DNA from: Verrucomicrobiales bacterium
Lineage (GTDB): Bacteria; Verrucomicrobiota; Verrucomicrobiia; Verrucomicrobiales; DEV007
Assembly: GCA_965216705.1 (NCBI GenBank)
Contig: OZ244203.1
Coordinates: forward strand, 525,845-589,844
Reading direction: 5' to 3'
Length of the DNA: 64,000 nucleotides
The notes below the pieces were generated by a model. The model had not been told where the DNA came from, made no database searches, and was given only the letters and a program-made list of their open reading frames with translations. Shown here piece after piece: positions 48,553 through 58,600 of this stretch; the stretch's first letter is position 1; the number at the start of each line of letters is the position of its first letter. The translations under genes were made by a program, and so were the position numbers.

Positions 48553-48754
48553 ATCAGTAGAGTGCAAACGACTTTTTTGCGCGATAGCGGGAGCGTCTGT
48601 TGAGACGTTCCGGAAAGCCGAAATTCGCCTCAATCCCCCATAGAACGGGGCTTGGCTGGAGAATCACATCAGTTGAATCGAACAAGCACCCTGGCAATCT
48701 CAACAGTCTTGCCTCCGTGGCAACGAGCCTCCAGCATGGTATTTCCCCGGAAAA

Positions 48755-49180
48755 ATGGAAAAACCACGCCAACGATTCAGCCTCGGCTCAGTTTCCGCAG
48801 CCGGCGCTCTGTTTACCGTAGTGATGCTGATGCTGGGCAATCCGTTCCTCGTCATCACCTTTTTCATTGGCGTGGTCTACACCGTCGTCCCGGTTTCTTT
48901 GTGGAAGAAGTATCAACACAGGGCCATCAGGTCCGCCGTTATCATCACCTGCACCCTTGGCTACGGAATCATCGCTCTTGGCATCGGTCTCGACCTCTAC
49001 TGTTTCTGGACTGAAACCAATACTTTTCCAGGCAGTATGACTACGACTGTGCTGTCGCCCTTTTTCGCCCTCGGCGCAGGAATCGTGTTTCTCCCGCTCT
49101 CAGCCGCAGGCAGCTTATATTCACTCAGGCAGCGACTCACAGAATCCAAAAACTCCAGCTCAACACCTCCGATAGAATGA
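48755..49180 (+). CDS. Hypothetical membrane protein (about 4 TM)
   Basis: 141-aa hydrophobic ORF; ATGA overlap with the next gene. Confidence 0.65.
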   Translation: MEKPRQRFSLGSVSAAGALFTVVMLMLGNPFLVITFFIGVVYTVVPVSLWKKYQHRAIRSAVIITCTLGYGIIALGIGLDLYCFWTETNTFPGSMTTTVLSPFFALGAGIVFLPLSAAGSLYSLRQRLTESKNSSSTPPIE

Positions 49181-49956
49181 GAACCCTTCTCCTTCCGATC
49201 CTGATATCAGTCCTGGGAATTTCTCCCAACCTCCCCGGCCAGTCGGATGACGACGCGCGACTGGTTCGACTCATCCGAAGCAATTACTACGAGACCGACT
49301 ACACGGCTCACATCCGGATTGATAAGGTTGTGTCATCTGAAGACCAATCGTGGCCCGGCTACATCTCTTTCAAGGTTTCCGCCACGGTTCTGGAAACATT
49401 CAAGGGCGAACAACTGGAAACCCTGACGTACTACACGACACACGAAGCTCCATCTGACGGCCCGCCCCTTGACCGGGAGGTGGTGGCCAGCCTTGAGAAG
49501 GACAAGAAGACAGGAAACCTTTATGTGCCTGACAATGCCTACGTCTTCGGTATTCAGCCTGCCATGCTGGAAGCACTTCGGGACTTAGCTGGCGAAACTA
49601 TCAAGACAAAGGTGACCTGCACCATTCCATCACCACCGCGGTCGCTAAATGGCGCCGCACTGAGAGCCCATCTTTACGCCTACGATCCACGCCTGGCTGA
49701 CGCTGCCGCCACCCTGGTCGATGAGCATGTTGAGACCGACCTCGACCTCGAACCAGGTCGGGACACAACCCTCAAATTTTCACTCTCCACCTTCCGCCAA
49801 AAGAACCGGAGCTATTACGTCACCATCTTTCTTCACCCCGATGCAAAATCAGAGGATCGGCTCTACTACATCGACGGGTTTCAGAAGGTCCTGAAAGACA
49901 AAGACCTGGAGGAGCTGGAGATTTCCCTCTCCCCCACTGGAAAAATGAAAGAATAA
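49177..49956 (+). CDS. Hypothetical secreted protein, probably two domains
   Basis: Signal MRTLLLPILISVLGISPNLPG; 259 aa; no recognised motif. Confidence 0.72.
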   Translation: MRTLLLPILISVLGISPNLPGQSDDDARLVRLIRSNYYETDYTAHIRIDKVVSSEDQSWPGYISFKVSATVLETFKGEQLETLTYYTTHEAPSDGPPLDREVVASLEKDKKTGNLYVPDNAYVFGIQPAMLEALRDLAGETIKTKVTCTIPSPPRSLNGAALRAHLYAYDPRLADAAATLVDEHVETDLDLEPGRDTTLKFSLSTFRQKNRSYYVTIFLHPDAKSEDRLYYIDGFQKVLKDKDLEELEISLSPTGKMKE

Positions 49957-49972
49957 CCGGGCTGGCCCGAGG

Positions 49973-50995
49973 CTATTCCACCTTGATGCCAGCCGCTGCG
50001 GCTTCCTCCTTAGCGACCTTAAGCCGCTCGCGAAGGTAGGTCAGGGCTTCTTTCTCCTGCTTCAATTCGTTGATATCAGCAAACATCTCGTCCATGTCGG
50101 CCTGGATATCGTCGACAAGATCTTCGATCCAGTGGCCCACCTTCATCGCAGAATTGGTTGAGGTGGTGGTTCCACTTTCTTCAGGCGGATTCAGCATCAG
50201 GCCAATCTGCTCCTCACGCATCACGATGAGGTTGTTATTCTGATCAAGTTCGTGCTGCAGAAGTTCACGATACTGGGAGGTGATCTCCTTTTTCATGATT
50301 TCTCCAATCTCGCGGTTGCGCCTGTCGAGTCCCTCGATGCTTTTGTCCAATGCATCGATCAACTCCTGACGGGTTTGATCGGTATGAATGGTCTGCTTGC
50401 GGTTCTGCTGGTATTCCGGGTTGTTTCGAGTGGTCTCCCAGCTCCAGCCGCGCCAACCGCTGGAACGTGAATACTTGTACTTGGGCAGATCCTTGTGAGC
50501 GGCAAAGGTCTGGGCCAGTTCGAGGATTTGATCAACACGCTTCTCGATGCGGGCATCATACTTGTCCATTGCCGAGAACAACGTGTCCCGGTCGATGGAA
50601 GGATCCTGGGAATAGGCTTCAAGCTTCAGTTCACGACGCTTGGAATCGTATAGTCGGATCGTTTCGCGAAGTCCCTCGATGGCGTCCTCTTTCATTCGAA
50701 CGACACGAGTGCCGGATTCTTTCGAATCCTTCATGCTTTCGAGCTGCTTGAGAATGCGATCGATGCGCCCCTCAATACGTTCGTCTAGCTGGACAATATC
50801 CTGTGTCAATTCAGAGGCACGAATCTCACGCTCCTCGATCTGTCTCTCCACTTCCGGAATCCGGGCGGCGATTTCCTCGGGAGACAAAGAAATGGGCTGA
50901 GAAGCAGCTGCCTTGGGCCCCTGCTGTGCCTGCATCTGGAGGCCGCCGATCAGAACGGCTCCAGCCGTCGCAATGAGAATGGGTGTTTTTGTCAT
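49973..50995 (-). CDS. Hypothetical secreted coiled-coil protein
   Basis: Signal peptide; long heptad-rich, charged helices. Confidence 0.75.
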   Translation of the reverse strand: MTKTPILIATAGAVLIGGLQMQAQQGPKAAASQPISLSPEEIAARIPEVERQIEEREIRASELTQDIVQLDERIEGRIDRILKQLESMKDSKESGTRVVRMKEDAIEGLRETIRLYDSKRRELKLEAYSQDPSIDRDTLFSAMDKYDARIEKRVDQILELAQTFAAHKDLPKYKYSRSSGWRGWSWETTRNNPEYQQNRKQTIHTDQTRQELIDALDKSIEGLDRRNREIGEIMKKEITSQYRELLQHELDQNNNLIVMREEQIGLMLNPPEESGTTTSTNSAMKVGHWIEDLVDDIQADMDEMFADINELKQEKEALTYLRERLKVAKEEAAAAGIKVE

Positions 50996-51083
50996 GACTG
51001 TAGGTTTCGTAGAATTCTACGAAGTCTTAGCGACAACACGACGCAAAAATTCAAAAAGGTTAACGCCGGGAAAACGAGCTCCC

Positions 51084-52133
51084 CTAGTTCACCAGTTTCG
51101 TTACCATCCCGGCGAGATCGGCAAACGCAGCCGACATCGGACTCTCTTTCGGATCGAGAGTCGCGACCGGCTGGCCTTCGTCGGCGTGCTGGCGGGTCGG
51201 CGGATCCAGGGGGATCTGTCCAAGAAGCGGCACCCCGAGGCGCTCCGCTTCACGGGTGCCTCCACCCTCACCGAAGATGTAGTAACGGGTTCCGAGATCG
51301 CACTCAAACCAAGCCATGTTTTCGACAATTCCGGCGATGGGCACATTCACCTTCTCAAACATGCTGGCAGCCTTTCGGGCATCGATCAAAGCAACCTCCT
51401 GAGGCGTGGTTACCACCACTGCCGCGTCCACGGCCACGGTCTGAGAAATGGTCAGCTGGATATCACCTGTTCCGGGTGGGAGGTCGAGAATGAGGTAGTC
51501 CAGTTCACCCCAGACACACTGGCGGAGAAACTGCTGGGTGTAGCGGGTCGCGAGCGGACCGCGCACAATCACCGGAGAGTCATCACTGAGGAGAAAACCC
51601 ATTGAGATCGCTTTGATGCCATGGGCCTCGATGGGAATGATCTCATTCTGTTCCGTGGCCATGGGCTGCTTGTCTGCAGCACCTAACATCAAAGCCACTG
51701 AAGGTCCGTAAAGGTCACAATCGCAGAGCCCCACCTTAGCCCCGGTTTTACTCAACGCGATAGCCAGGTTGGTGGACACAGTCGATTTTCCGACACCGCC
51801 CTTTCCGCTGGCTACCGCAATGATCTTCTTCACGCCGGGAATGCTGGACTGCCCGGCCGACGGATCACCACCCGTGACGGGCTCGGGCGGATCCTGGATG
51901 TCAAAGTCGATCGACACCTTGCCGATACCCTCAACTGCATTGAGCACGGATTCGATTCCTTCGTGGATCCCACGCGGAATGTTGGGGTCGCGCGTGGCGA
52001 GGCTGATCTGGACCGTCACGTCACCTCCCTCGATAACGACGCCTTTCACCAATCCGAATGACACAATATCCCGGCTGAAGCCCGGATAGCTGACTTCTCC
52101 AAGTTTTTCGCGAATGAGATCCTCTGTAATCAT
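51084..52133 (-). CDS. mrp: Mrp/NBP35 (ApbC) Fe-S cluster carrier ATPase with N-terminal MIP18/DUF59 domain
   Basis: YPGFSRDIVSFG, ASGKGGVGKST, DCDLYGPS, DLPPGTGDIQL, VTTPQEVALIDA, VENM. Confidence 0.92.
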   Translation of the reverse strand: MITEDLIREKLGEVSYPGFSRDIVSFGLVKGVVIEGGDVTVQISLATRDPNIPRGIHEGIESVLNAVEGIGKVSIDFDIQDPPEPVTGGDPSAGQSSIPGVKKIIAVASGKGGVGKSTVSTNLAIALSKTGAKVGLCDCDLYGPSVALMLGAADKQPMATEQNEIIPIEAHGIKAISMGFLLSDDSPVIVRGPLATRYTQQFLRQCVWGELDYLILDLPPGTGDIQLTISQTVAVDAAVVVTTPQEVALIDARKAASMFEKVNVPIAGIVENMAWFECDLGTRYYIFGEGGGTREAERLGVPLLGQIPLDPPTRQHADEGQPVATLDPKESPMSAAFADLAGMVTKLVN

Positions 52134-52234
52134 GTTTCCGTTCTACAAACCGTCTTGATAGGCTAATACGGACAGAAGTCCAATTTTGAGGCATCGCAAT
52201 TTGCCCACAGGTCGATTTTCCGCCCTTTCACCCC

Positions 52235-53158
52235 TCAATCCGCCGCCTGGATCGCGGCATCGGCGGCTTCACGGCCGTGAATTGAATTCTCCGCCTCGCG
52301 GATCGCCTCACGGCTGATAGCAGGCAATTCCTCCGGATAGGTCGACAAGTCCGGAACGCACTTGAGGAATTCTTTCGTGTAGAGGTGCTTGGGGGCCCTG
52401 ACGATATCTCTGGTGACCCCTGCTTCGAGAATACCTCCCTCGTAAAAGACGGCCACCCGGTCCGCAAACCGCTCCACCGAGCGCAGGCTGCCCGACATCA
52501 TCAGCACGGCCATCTCTGACTCTTCGCCAAGCTGATGCAACAGCTCGACGAACTGATAGGCCGCCACCCGGTCAAGACTGCCGAGGGCGTGATCGCAGAT
52601 CAGCAGTTTTGATTGGGTCAACAGGGCGCGCATCAGTCCCAGCTTTCGGATCATCAAGTGCGACACCTCACTGATCCGCCGAAGCAGCACTCGCTCCGGC
52701 TCAACAATTCCAACGCGATAGAATTGGTCACTCCACTCGGACTCCGGGAGAGCCGGCTTATTGCGCCCCATCAGTTTCGCTGTTTCACGTAGACACTGGC
52801 GAACGGTATGGTTCGGATTGAACTGTTCCTTAATGTTTCGGGGCAAAAAGCTAATTTCCTCGCGCCTGAGTTGCCGCTTTCGAGAACGACGTGCTTTGAG
52901 GAGTTCCTCTCCCTCGAAAAGAATCGATCCACTCATCACCCGGGTTCCCGGCACGGCCACGCCCAGGATAAGGCTCCCCAGTAAGGAAGTCCCGCAACCG
53001 TGCTCCCCGGCCAGGACCATGACCTCTCCTCGCTTCAACTGGAGGGAAACATTTCTCAATCCAATCCCGTGGTCAACACCACGGCCAGAACGCTCCACGC
53101 TGAGCGCTTCGATTTCGATCACTGGCTGTTCTTTGACTTCCCCTAACATGTCTCTCAC
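52235..53158 (-). CDS. OppD-like ABC ATP-binding protein with degenerate catalytic motifs
   Basis: The fold is recognisable (NVSLQLKRGEV, GSILFEGEELL, VAVFYEGGILE, PKHLYTKEFL). Walker A reads GEHGCGTS and Walker B reads LICDH. Confidence 0.8.
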   Translation of the reverse strand: MRDMLGEVKEQPVIEIEALSVERSGRGVDHGIGLRNVSLQLKRGEVMVLAGEHGCGTSLLGSLILGVAVPGTRVMSGSILFEGEELLKARRSRKRQLRREEISFLPRNIKEQFNPNHTVRQCLRETAKLMGRNKPALPESEWSDQFYRVGIVEPERVLLRRISEVSHLMIRKLGLMRALLTQSKLLICDHALGSLDRVAAYQFVELLHQLGEESEMAVLMMSGSLRSVERFADRVAVFYEGGILEAGVTRDIVRAPKHLYTKEFLKCVPDLSTYPEELPAISREAIREAENSIHGREAADAAIQAAD

Positions 53159-54039
53159 AGAAATCTTGGATACCTCCCCGTCCTCAATACTCCAGCCGCC
53201 AGCGCCCCGAGCAGGGACAGAATAGCAACGACGATGGTCGCCATCATTCCCGGATAAAGAGCCATCCAGGGAGCCTCGATAATCAGGTCCCGCCCGTAGG
53301 CTACCATTACGCCCACACTGATGTGCTCCCCGGTAAACCCGAGGAAAGAAAGGGACATCTCCGCCATCACCAGCACCGGGATCATCCTGGCAAACACTCC
53401 CAGCAAGCGGCGAATCACTACGGGCACAATCCGGCTCCGGACAATCTCCTGGCGCGTCAAACCGAGCGCGTAACCGGCCAGGATATCAGGCCCCTCCTCT
53501 CCTTCCTCGAACCACCGCGCCGTCACCGGCGCCAGAGCCAGGGCTATCGCCAGCGTCATTGCAATCATGGCCAGCACGAGACTGCCTCCAGCGCCTCCCG
53601 CAAGGATAACGATCACCATGAACGACGGCAGCAGAAAGCCCGCCCGGGATGTTATTTTCAAGAGGCGAAATCGATTTTCGCCAACGTCAAAAGCAAACAG
53701 CATCACAACGAGCAAGGTCAGGGCAACGCCGGCCCCACTTGAGACCACGGCAACCGCTACCGAATTCGCCATCGCAATACGGGAGAGTTCGTAAAGGTCA
53801 GCTCCGGTTCCCGTTGTCCCGAAACGATGTTCCTCACTTGGCTTCTCCCACAGGGGATGATCCGGCACCGTGAAGACCTCGCCGGGTCGCACGTCAGCAT
53901 GGCGGCTCGCGGTGAACAACCAACCTGACAGAACCAGGTAGGGAATCACGAGCAAAAGGACAAGACGAAGACGCCAGATCTTTGCCAGGATTTCCAGGCC
54001 AACTCCGAGAGTCTTGCTGCTTCTACGATTTCCCATCAC
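53155..54039 (-). CDS. OppC-like ABC permease (divergent)
   Basis: PSEEHRFGTTGTGADL (cf. PS..H.FGTD..GRD), AEMSLSFLG, APWMALYPG. Confidence 0.8.
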   Translation of the reverse strand: MMGNRRSSKTLGVGLEILAKIWRLRLVLLLVIPYLVLSGWLFTASRHADVRPGEVFTVPDHPLWEKPSEEHRFGTTGTGADLYELSRIAMANSVAVAVVSSGAGVALTLLVVMLFAFDVGENRFRLLKITSRAGFLLPSFMVIVILAGGAGGSLVLAMIAMTLAIALALAPVTARWFEEGEEGPDILAGYALGLTRQEIVRSRIVPVVIRRLLGVFARMIPVLVMAEMSLSFLGFTGEHISVGVMVAYGRDLIIEAPWMALYPGMMATIVVAILSLLGALAAGVLRTGRYPRFL

Positions 54040-54893
54040 TCAACACTCGTCAGCTTCACCAGAAGCTCACGACCAAAAGTCACCAGTCCGATCACCACCG
54101 CAACCACCACACTGCACATCAGGATGCCCGTGTAGTAGCCGCCTTTCACACAATCCACGAACAAGCTGCCCAGCCCGTCATATCGAAACGCCCACTCCAC
54201 CACGACGAGTCCCCCGAGAATGAAGGGCAAAGCCTGATCCAGCAGCCCAAGCACCGCCGGCCGTGCCTGGCGGTAGACATTTCCGTAAAAGATCGTGTCG
54301 TCCCGATGACCTGCCGTATAGAGCCCCTTCACGAAGGGTCGTCCCGCCTCTTTCTCAATCACCGATGACACCGCCCTCAACTGCCACGCAGCAGCAGGAG
54401 CAAGGACCGGAAGCGCGACGATAGAAGCATACCACCAACTCATCAGGTCAGGCCCTGACTGGACTACCACTTCGTCAGCAAACCCCGGGCGCTGCCAGGC
54501 AAAGTAGGAGTAGATCGCAACGGCCACAACGAACCAGAATCCCGGCACACAGGCAAAGAGGCTGAACGGAAGTGCGAGCAAGGCACCAAGTTTCACTCGT
54601 CGCAGTCTCGCCGCGAGAATCCCCCAACCATATCCGACCAGCAAGACACCGCCGTAGGCAATCAGCCAGACCTTGGCAGAACTCACCACCCTCTCAGACA
54701 CCAGGCCCCGCCAACCGGTCGCACCATAAGCAATCACGGAGGCCTCACCCTCATAGGATTCCGGCTGCCAAATATGTTGATCCGAACCACCGAAAACACA
54801 ATAGGACAGTTCTAACAAGAGCAGCACAATGACTCCCGCACCGACCACGCGCGCAAGGAAAGCCAGGATTCGTTGCAGGAGAAACTTCACCAT
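54036..54893 (-). CDS. OppB-like ABC permease (divergent)
   Basis: About 6 TM; VPGFW, GGLVVVEWAFRYDGLG (cf. G.v.vE.vF.wPGlG). Confidence 0.75.
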   Translation of the reverse strand: MVKFLLQRILAFLARVVGAGVIVLLLLELSYCVFGGSDQHIWQPESYEGEASVIAYGATGWRGLVSERVVSSAKVWLIAYGGVLLVGYGWGILAARLRRVKLGALLALPFSLFACVPGFWFVVAVAIYSYFAWQRPGFADEVVVQSGPDLMSWWYASIVALPVLAPAAAWQLRAVSSVIEKEAGRPFVKGLYTAGHRDDTIFYGNVYRQARPAVLGLLDQALPFILGGLVVVEWAFRYDGLGSLFVDCVKGGYYTGILMCSVVVAVVIGLVTFGRELLVKLTSVE

Positions 54894-54895
54894 GA

Positions 54896-57001
54896 TCAGC
54901 CGTCGCTACCGCTGTCCTCCTGCTTTGCTTTTTCAATCCTGACCCACCATGGCCGGACCCGCTCGAGCCCTGCCTTTCCGACTGTCATGGGAGCTCTTGT
55001 GTATTCACCAACTGCAACCGGCTTTGCCACCTCAATCGCATCCTCCCGGTGCCAGATAATTCGCCCGGTATCGCAAACGAACAGGCAGGGCTGAAGGGCG
55101 GCAATTTCTGCTTCCAACTCAGTAGCGGCTTGTCTCACCTCTTCTTCGTCTTCAGCGTAACGAAGATCGAGCAGCAACTCGTCGACCACATGGTTGCGCA
55201 AGCCCCACATGTTGCCTCCTCCAAGCTCAACTTGCTGGGAATGCCAGGATTCGTATCGGTCCCGCTCCAGCGGAATCTCCCAGCTCAACATCATGGCGCT
55301 GAACTCTCTTGTTGCGAGATGCTCGGCCAGCATTTCCAACCACGGCATCTCTCGAACCTCGACAGTGACACCCACCGCCGACCAGTGCTCAGCGAGAGCC
55401 TTTGCCAGTTTCACCTGCGTTTCATTGGTCTCATTCACCAGCAATTCGAAGAGGAAAGGCTTTCCGTCCGGTCCCACTCGAATCCCCTTGGATTCGTCGA
55501 ACGGATACCCGTTCTTCTCGAGCAAATTTTCAGCCGATCTCGGATCATAGAGCGGCAATGCCATTGGCTTTTCCGAATATTCCATTCCCGGAAAAAAGAG
55601 ACTCTTCGTCAGGACCTGGAACTCCGTCGCACTGTTAGTCAGGATCGCCTCCAGGTCTACCGACCGGGCCAGGGCGAGCCGGAGTTCTTTCCTGTCGAAC
55701 GGAGCCCGGTCCATGTTCCAGGCCACAAAGTGCTGGAACCGGGGGCGACACTCCAGCTGCTTGACCATACCGGGATTTCTCTTGGTCCACTCACGGAACC
55801 GCAAGTCCGGATCAATCGTGTCAATTTGTCCTGACCGAAGTGCCAGCAACTTTGATTCAAACGACTCCACCTGCCGATAGACAATGGCCTTCTGCTTTGG
55901 CGCCCCACGGAAGAATTGCTCATTCGCAGCTAGGACAATGCCGCCGTCATCCCGACGGCGGACGATCTGGTAGGGGCCGTTCCCCACCGGATTCTTAAAG
56001 AACGCCATCCATTCTTCGAAAGTCTCTGCGCCACCCAGGATATGCTCCGGAAGGACAGGTAGCTTCTCGAGACTTTCCATCAGGATGGTCGGAGAATCCC
56101 GCAGGATCATTCGCACCTGGTAGTCGTCGACCTTTTCAATCTCTTCGGCGAACCAGAATGCTCCCGCCATTGGTAACGGCGATCCCGGCCCTGTGAGCAG
56201 TCGATAGGTAAACAGCACATCATCTACCGTGAGCCGTTGCCCGTCGTGCCAGGTGACGCCTCGACGGAAGTCCACCGTCGCTTCGCGAAAACTGGTGTGA
56301 CTGCGAATTCCCACTTCCTCTACCCGGGGATCCAACGTTCGATTCGATTCATAGTAGAGCTCCAGCTCCCGGAGCAGGAGGTCGATGTCACCCTTGGCAA
56401 AAAGGTTCACCACCTGGTCGCTCTCATACTCCATCATCTTGATCTGCGACTTTTCAACCGAGCCCTGGAGAAACGTTTCAAAAGACTCCCTCACCGAGTT
56501 CGAAACCGAAAGCTTGATCAGCAGAAAGTTGCCCAAGTTCTCCGGGTCAAACCCATCCACGAGTTGATCCGGAATCTCAGGATCATATCCTTCGAGCATT
56601 ACCGTGAGCACGCTGCCGTCGCGCTCAATTCGCAGCAACTTAAGACCGTCAGCAACATACTCACCGGAAAGCAACTTTGCCTCCGAGTCACCCGCCGCCT
56701 CTTCACTTTCACAGCGAATCGTCACATGGGTCCGGGCCCGGGTGCCCGTGACGATATTCGGGATGAGGTTCAACTCATCATCACGAAGCAACAGGGGCTC
56801 AAAAACAAGATCCGTCACCTCGCGCGTCGTTCCACCTAGCGGCAGCAGTGGATTAAGCAGACCAACGGGCTCACGAATCACACAGTTCATCTCCTGCGCC
56901 TCCTCGGGCAACTCCAATCGACTGACCTGTCGAAAGAGCAGTACAGCGCAAAAAGTCACCGCAAGAGGTGCGGTAAAGAGAAGCGCACGGAGCCAGAACA
57001 T
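54896..57001 (-). CDS. OppA/family-5 solute-binding protein with N-terminal anchor and large insertion
   Basis: LNPLL, VFEPLL, GVTWHDGQRLTVDDVLFTY, PVGNGPY, NEQFFRGAPK, FDRKELRLALA, YDPRSAENLLEKNG. Confidence 0.85.
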   Translation of the reverse strand: MFWLRALLFTAPLAVTFCAVLLFRQVSRLELPEEAQEMNCVIREPVGLLNPLLPLGGTTREVTDLVFEPLLLRDDELNLIPNIVTGTRARTHVTIRCESEEAAGDSEAKLLSGEYVADGLKLLRIERDGSVLTVMLEGYDPEIPDQLVDGFDPENLGNFLLIKLSVSNSVRESFETFLQGSVEKSQIKMMEYESDQVVNLFAKGDIDLLLRELELYYESNRTLDPRVEEVGIRSHTSFREATVDFRRGVTWHDGQRLTVDDVLFTYRLLTGPGSPLPMAGAFWFAEEIEKVDDYQVRMILRDSPTILMESLEKLPVLPEHILGGAETFEEWMAFFKNPVGNGPYQIVRRRDDGGIVLAANEQFFRGAPKQKAIVYRQVESFESKLLALRSGQIDTIDPDLRFREWTKRNPGMVKQLECRPRFQHFVAWNMDRAPFDRKELRLALARSVDLEAILTNSATEFQVLTKSLFFPGMEYSEKPMALPLYDPRSAENLLEKNGYPFDESKGIRVGPDGKPFLFELLVNETNETQVKLAKALAEHWSAVGVTVEVREMPWLEMLAEHLATREFSAMMLSWEIPLERDRYESWHSQQVELGGGNMWGLRNHVVDELLLDLRYAEDEEEVRQAATELEAEIAALQPCLFVCDTGRIIWHREDAIEVAKPVAVGEYTRAPMTVGKAGLERVRPWWVRIEKAKQEDSGSDG

Positions 57002-57161
57002 GGCTTCAGTTTATATCGATGAAATGAGGAATTCCAAACCCGGAATCCCTCTCGCTTCAATATATCGCTCCCCGGGGAGCCAGTCCGCTTTCGGCGACAG
57101 AGAGAGCACCCCGCCATGCGGAGGGGAAGAGACTGATTTACAATTCACCTCGAGCAGCGGC

Positions 57162-58499
57162 TCAGCGAAGATCCACGCACTTCAGCACAGTTTGCCCACG
57201 CATAATGAGGCGACCGTCGCTGAGGGCCATGGGAGTCCAGAACTTGAAGTCGGGCATCTTGATGACGGCACGACCTTCCTGTTTGGCGATCTGCTCGTCA
57301 ACTTCAGCTTTCTTGCCGAAAACATCGAACATGCCCACTTCCTGGTAACCATCCGGAGAAGGCACCACGGAACGGAGATAACCAACCTCACCGTCCTGGA
57401 TGAGAAGATGTCCGTCGACGAGGATCATGTTACCGCGCCCCATGAATGGTTCCTCGCCGGTGTGCCAGAGAATCTTGCCATCAAAATCCATGCAAGCCAG
57501 TCCACCTTTCTGCCGGGCTTCCCCTTTATGATTGCTGTTTTCGTTGGCGAGGAAATAGATGTGTTCCCCGATCACGAAGGGCGGGTGAATCTGAGTTCCC
57601 TCGATCTTGTCGAAAACTTTCTCCACGGTCCAGTCACCACCATCGTTGCGAACCTTGACCATGCAACTGCCGCAGTCGTAGCCGCCGGTCAGCCAGACAA
57701 GCTCATCAGTGACCTTGGTCGCAAACGGAATCGGGATTTTGTTGAAGTAGATATCCGTCTTCCAGAGCACCTCGCCGGTTTCGGGAAGCACACTGATGGT
57801 TGTGCCGGTTCCGTCATCGCCGTCGCGCAGCGTTGCCACAAAAACGACCTGCTCCACTCCGTGGAGATTCAAAACGGTAGGCGTAGAGTGAGAGTCACCA
57901 AAACCTTCGGTCTTCCAGAGCTCCTTGCCAGTCTTCTTGTCGAGACCGATAAGACCAACTTCTTCGCTCATGGCCGGAACAATGAGGACATTCCCTACCG
58001 AAACCACACTTTGGGCCCAGCCCCACTTCGGCGGAGGTGAACCGTATTCATCCTGGATCGAAACCATCCAGTCCTGCTGCTGTGTTTCGCGATTGATGCG
58101 GAACACCTGGCCAAAACCGCTCACGTAATAGACGGCATCGCCCTCAACCAGAGGAGTGCCGCGGCTGCCGTGGAAAGAGAGCTTACCGGCGTAGTCGAAA
58201 GTGAAGCGCCACTTCTCCGAACCGTCTTCGAGAGAAAGGCAGAGCACGTGGTCCCGCTCACCGAGGTCGCGATCAACCAGGAAAACCTCATCGCCCGCAA
58301 TAGCAGCACCGCCGAAACCTTCGTTGAGTTCTTTCTCCCAAAGGATCTCGGGTGCTTTCTTGTCCCAATCGGAAAGATTGAGCCCAGTTTCAGCGGAGAC
58401 ACCGGTTCGAGAGGGCCCTTGGAAATTGGGCCAGTCGTCGGCTTGGACGTTAGCTCCGAGAGCCACGGTGAGGGCGAAAAAAGCGATTGGAAATTTCAT
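57162..58499 (-). CDS. PQQ-binding-like beta-propeller protein (PVC BamB-like family)
   Basis: Signal then DWPNFQGPSRTG; repeated G...W units (GSEKW, GKELW, GEVLW, GKILW). Confidence 0.85.
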   Translation of the reverse strand: MKFPIAFFALTVALGANVQADDWPNFQGPSRTGVSAETGLNLSDWDKKAPEILWEKELNEGFGGAAIAGDEVFLVDRDLGERDHVLCLSLEDGSEKWRFTFDYAGKLSFHGSRGTPLVEGDAVYYVSGFGQVFRINRETQQQDWMVSIQDEYGSPPPKWGWAQSVVSVGNVLIVPAMSEEVGLIGLDKKTGKELWKTEGFGDSHSTPTVLNLHGVEQVVFVATLRDGDDGTGTTISVLPETGEVLWKTDIYFNKIPIPFATKVTDELVWLTGGYDCGSCMVKVRNDGGDWTVEKVFDKIEGTQIHPPFVIGEHIYFLANENSNHKGEARQKGGLACMDFDGKILWHTGEEPFMGRGNMILVDGHLLIQDGEVGYLRSVVPSPDGYQEVGMFDVFGKKAEVDEQIAKQEGRAVIKMPDFKFWTPMALSDGRLIMRGQTVLKCVDLR

Positions 58500-58600
58500 G
58501 CGGATGAAATCTGCCAAAGGGCTCCCCCCTTTTCAATCACCGAACCTGCAACAATCGCGCCAGTTAAGAAATGTCCAATTTCGCCGCGCCCGAGCGTTAC

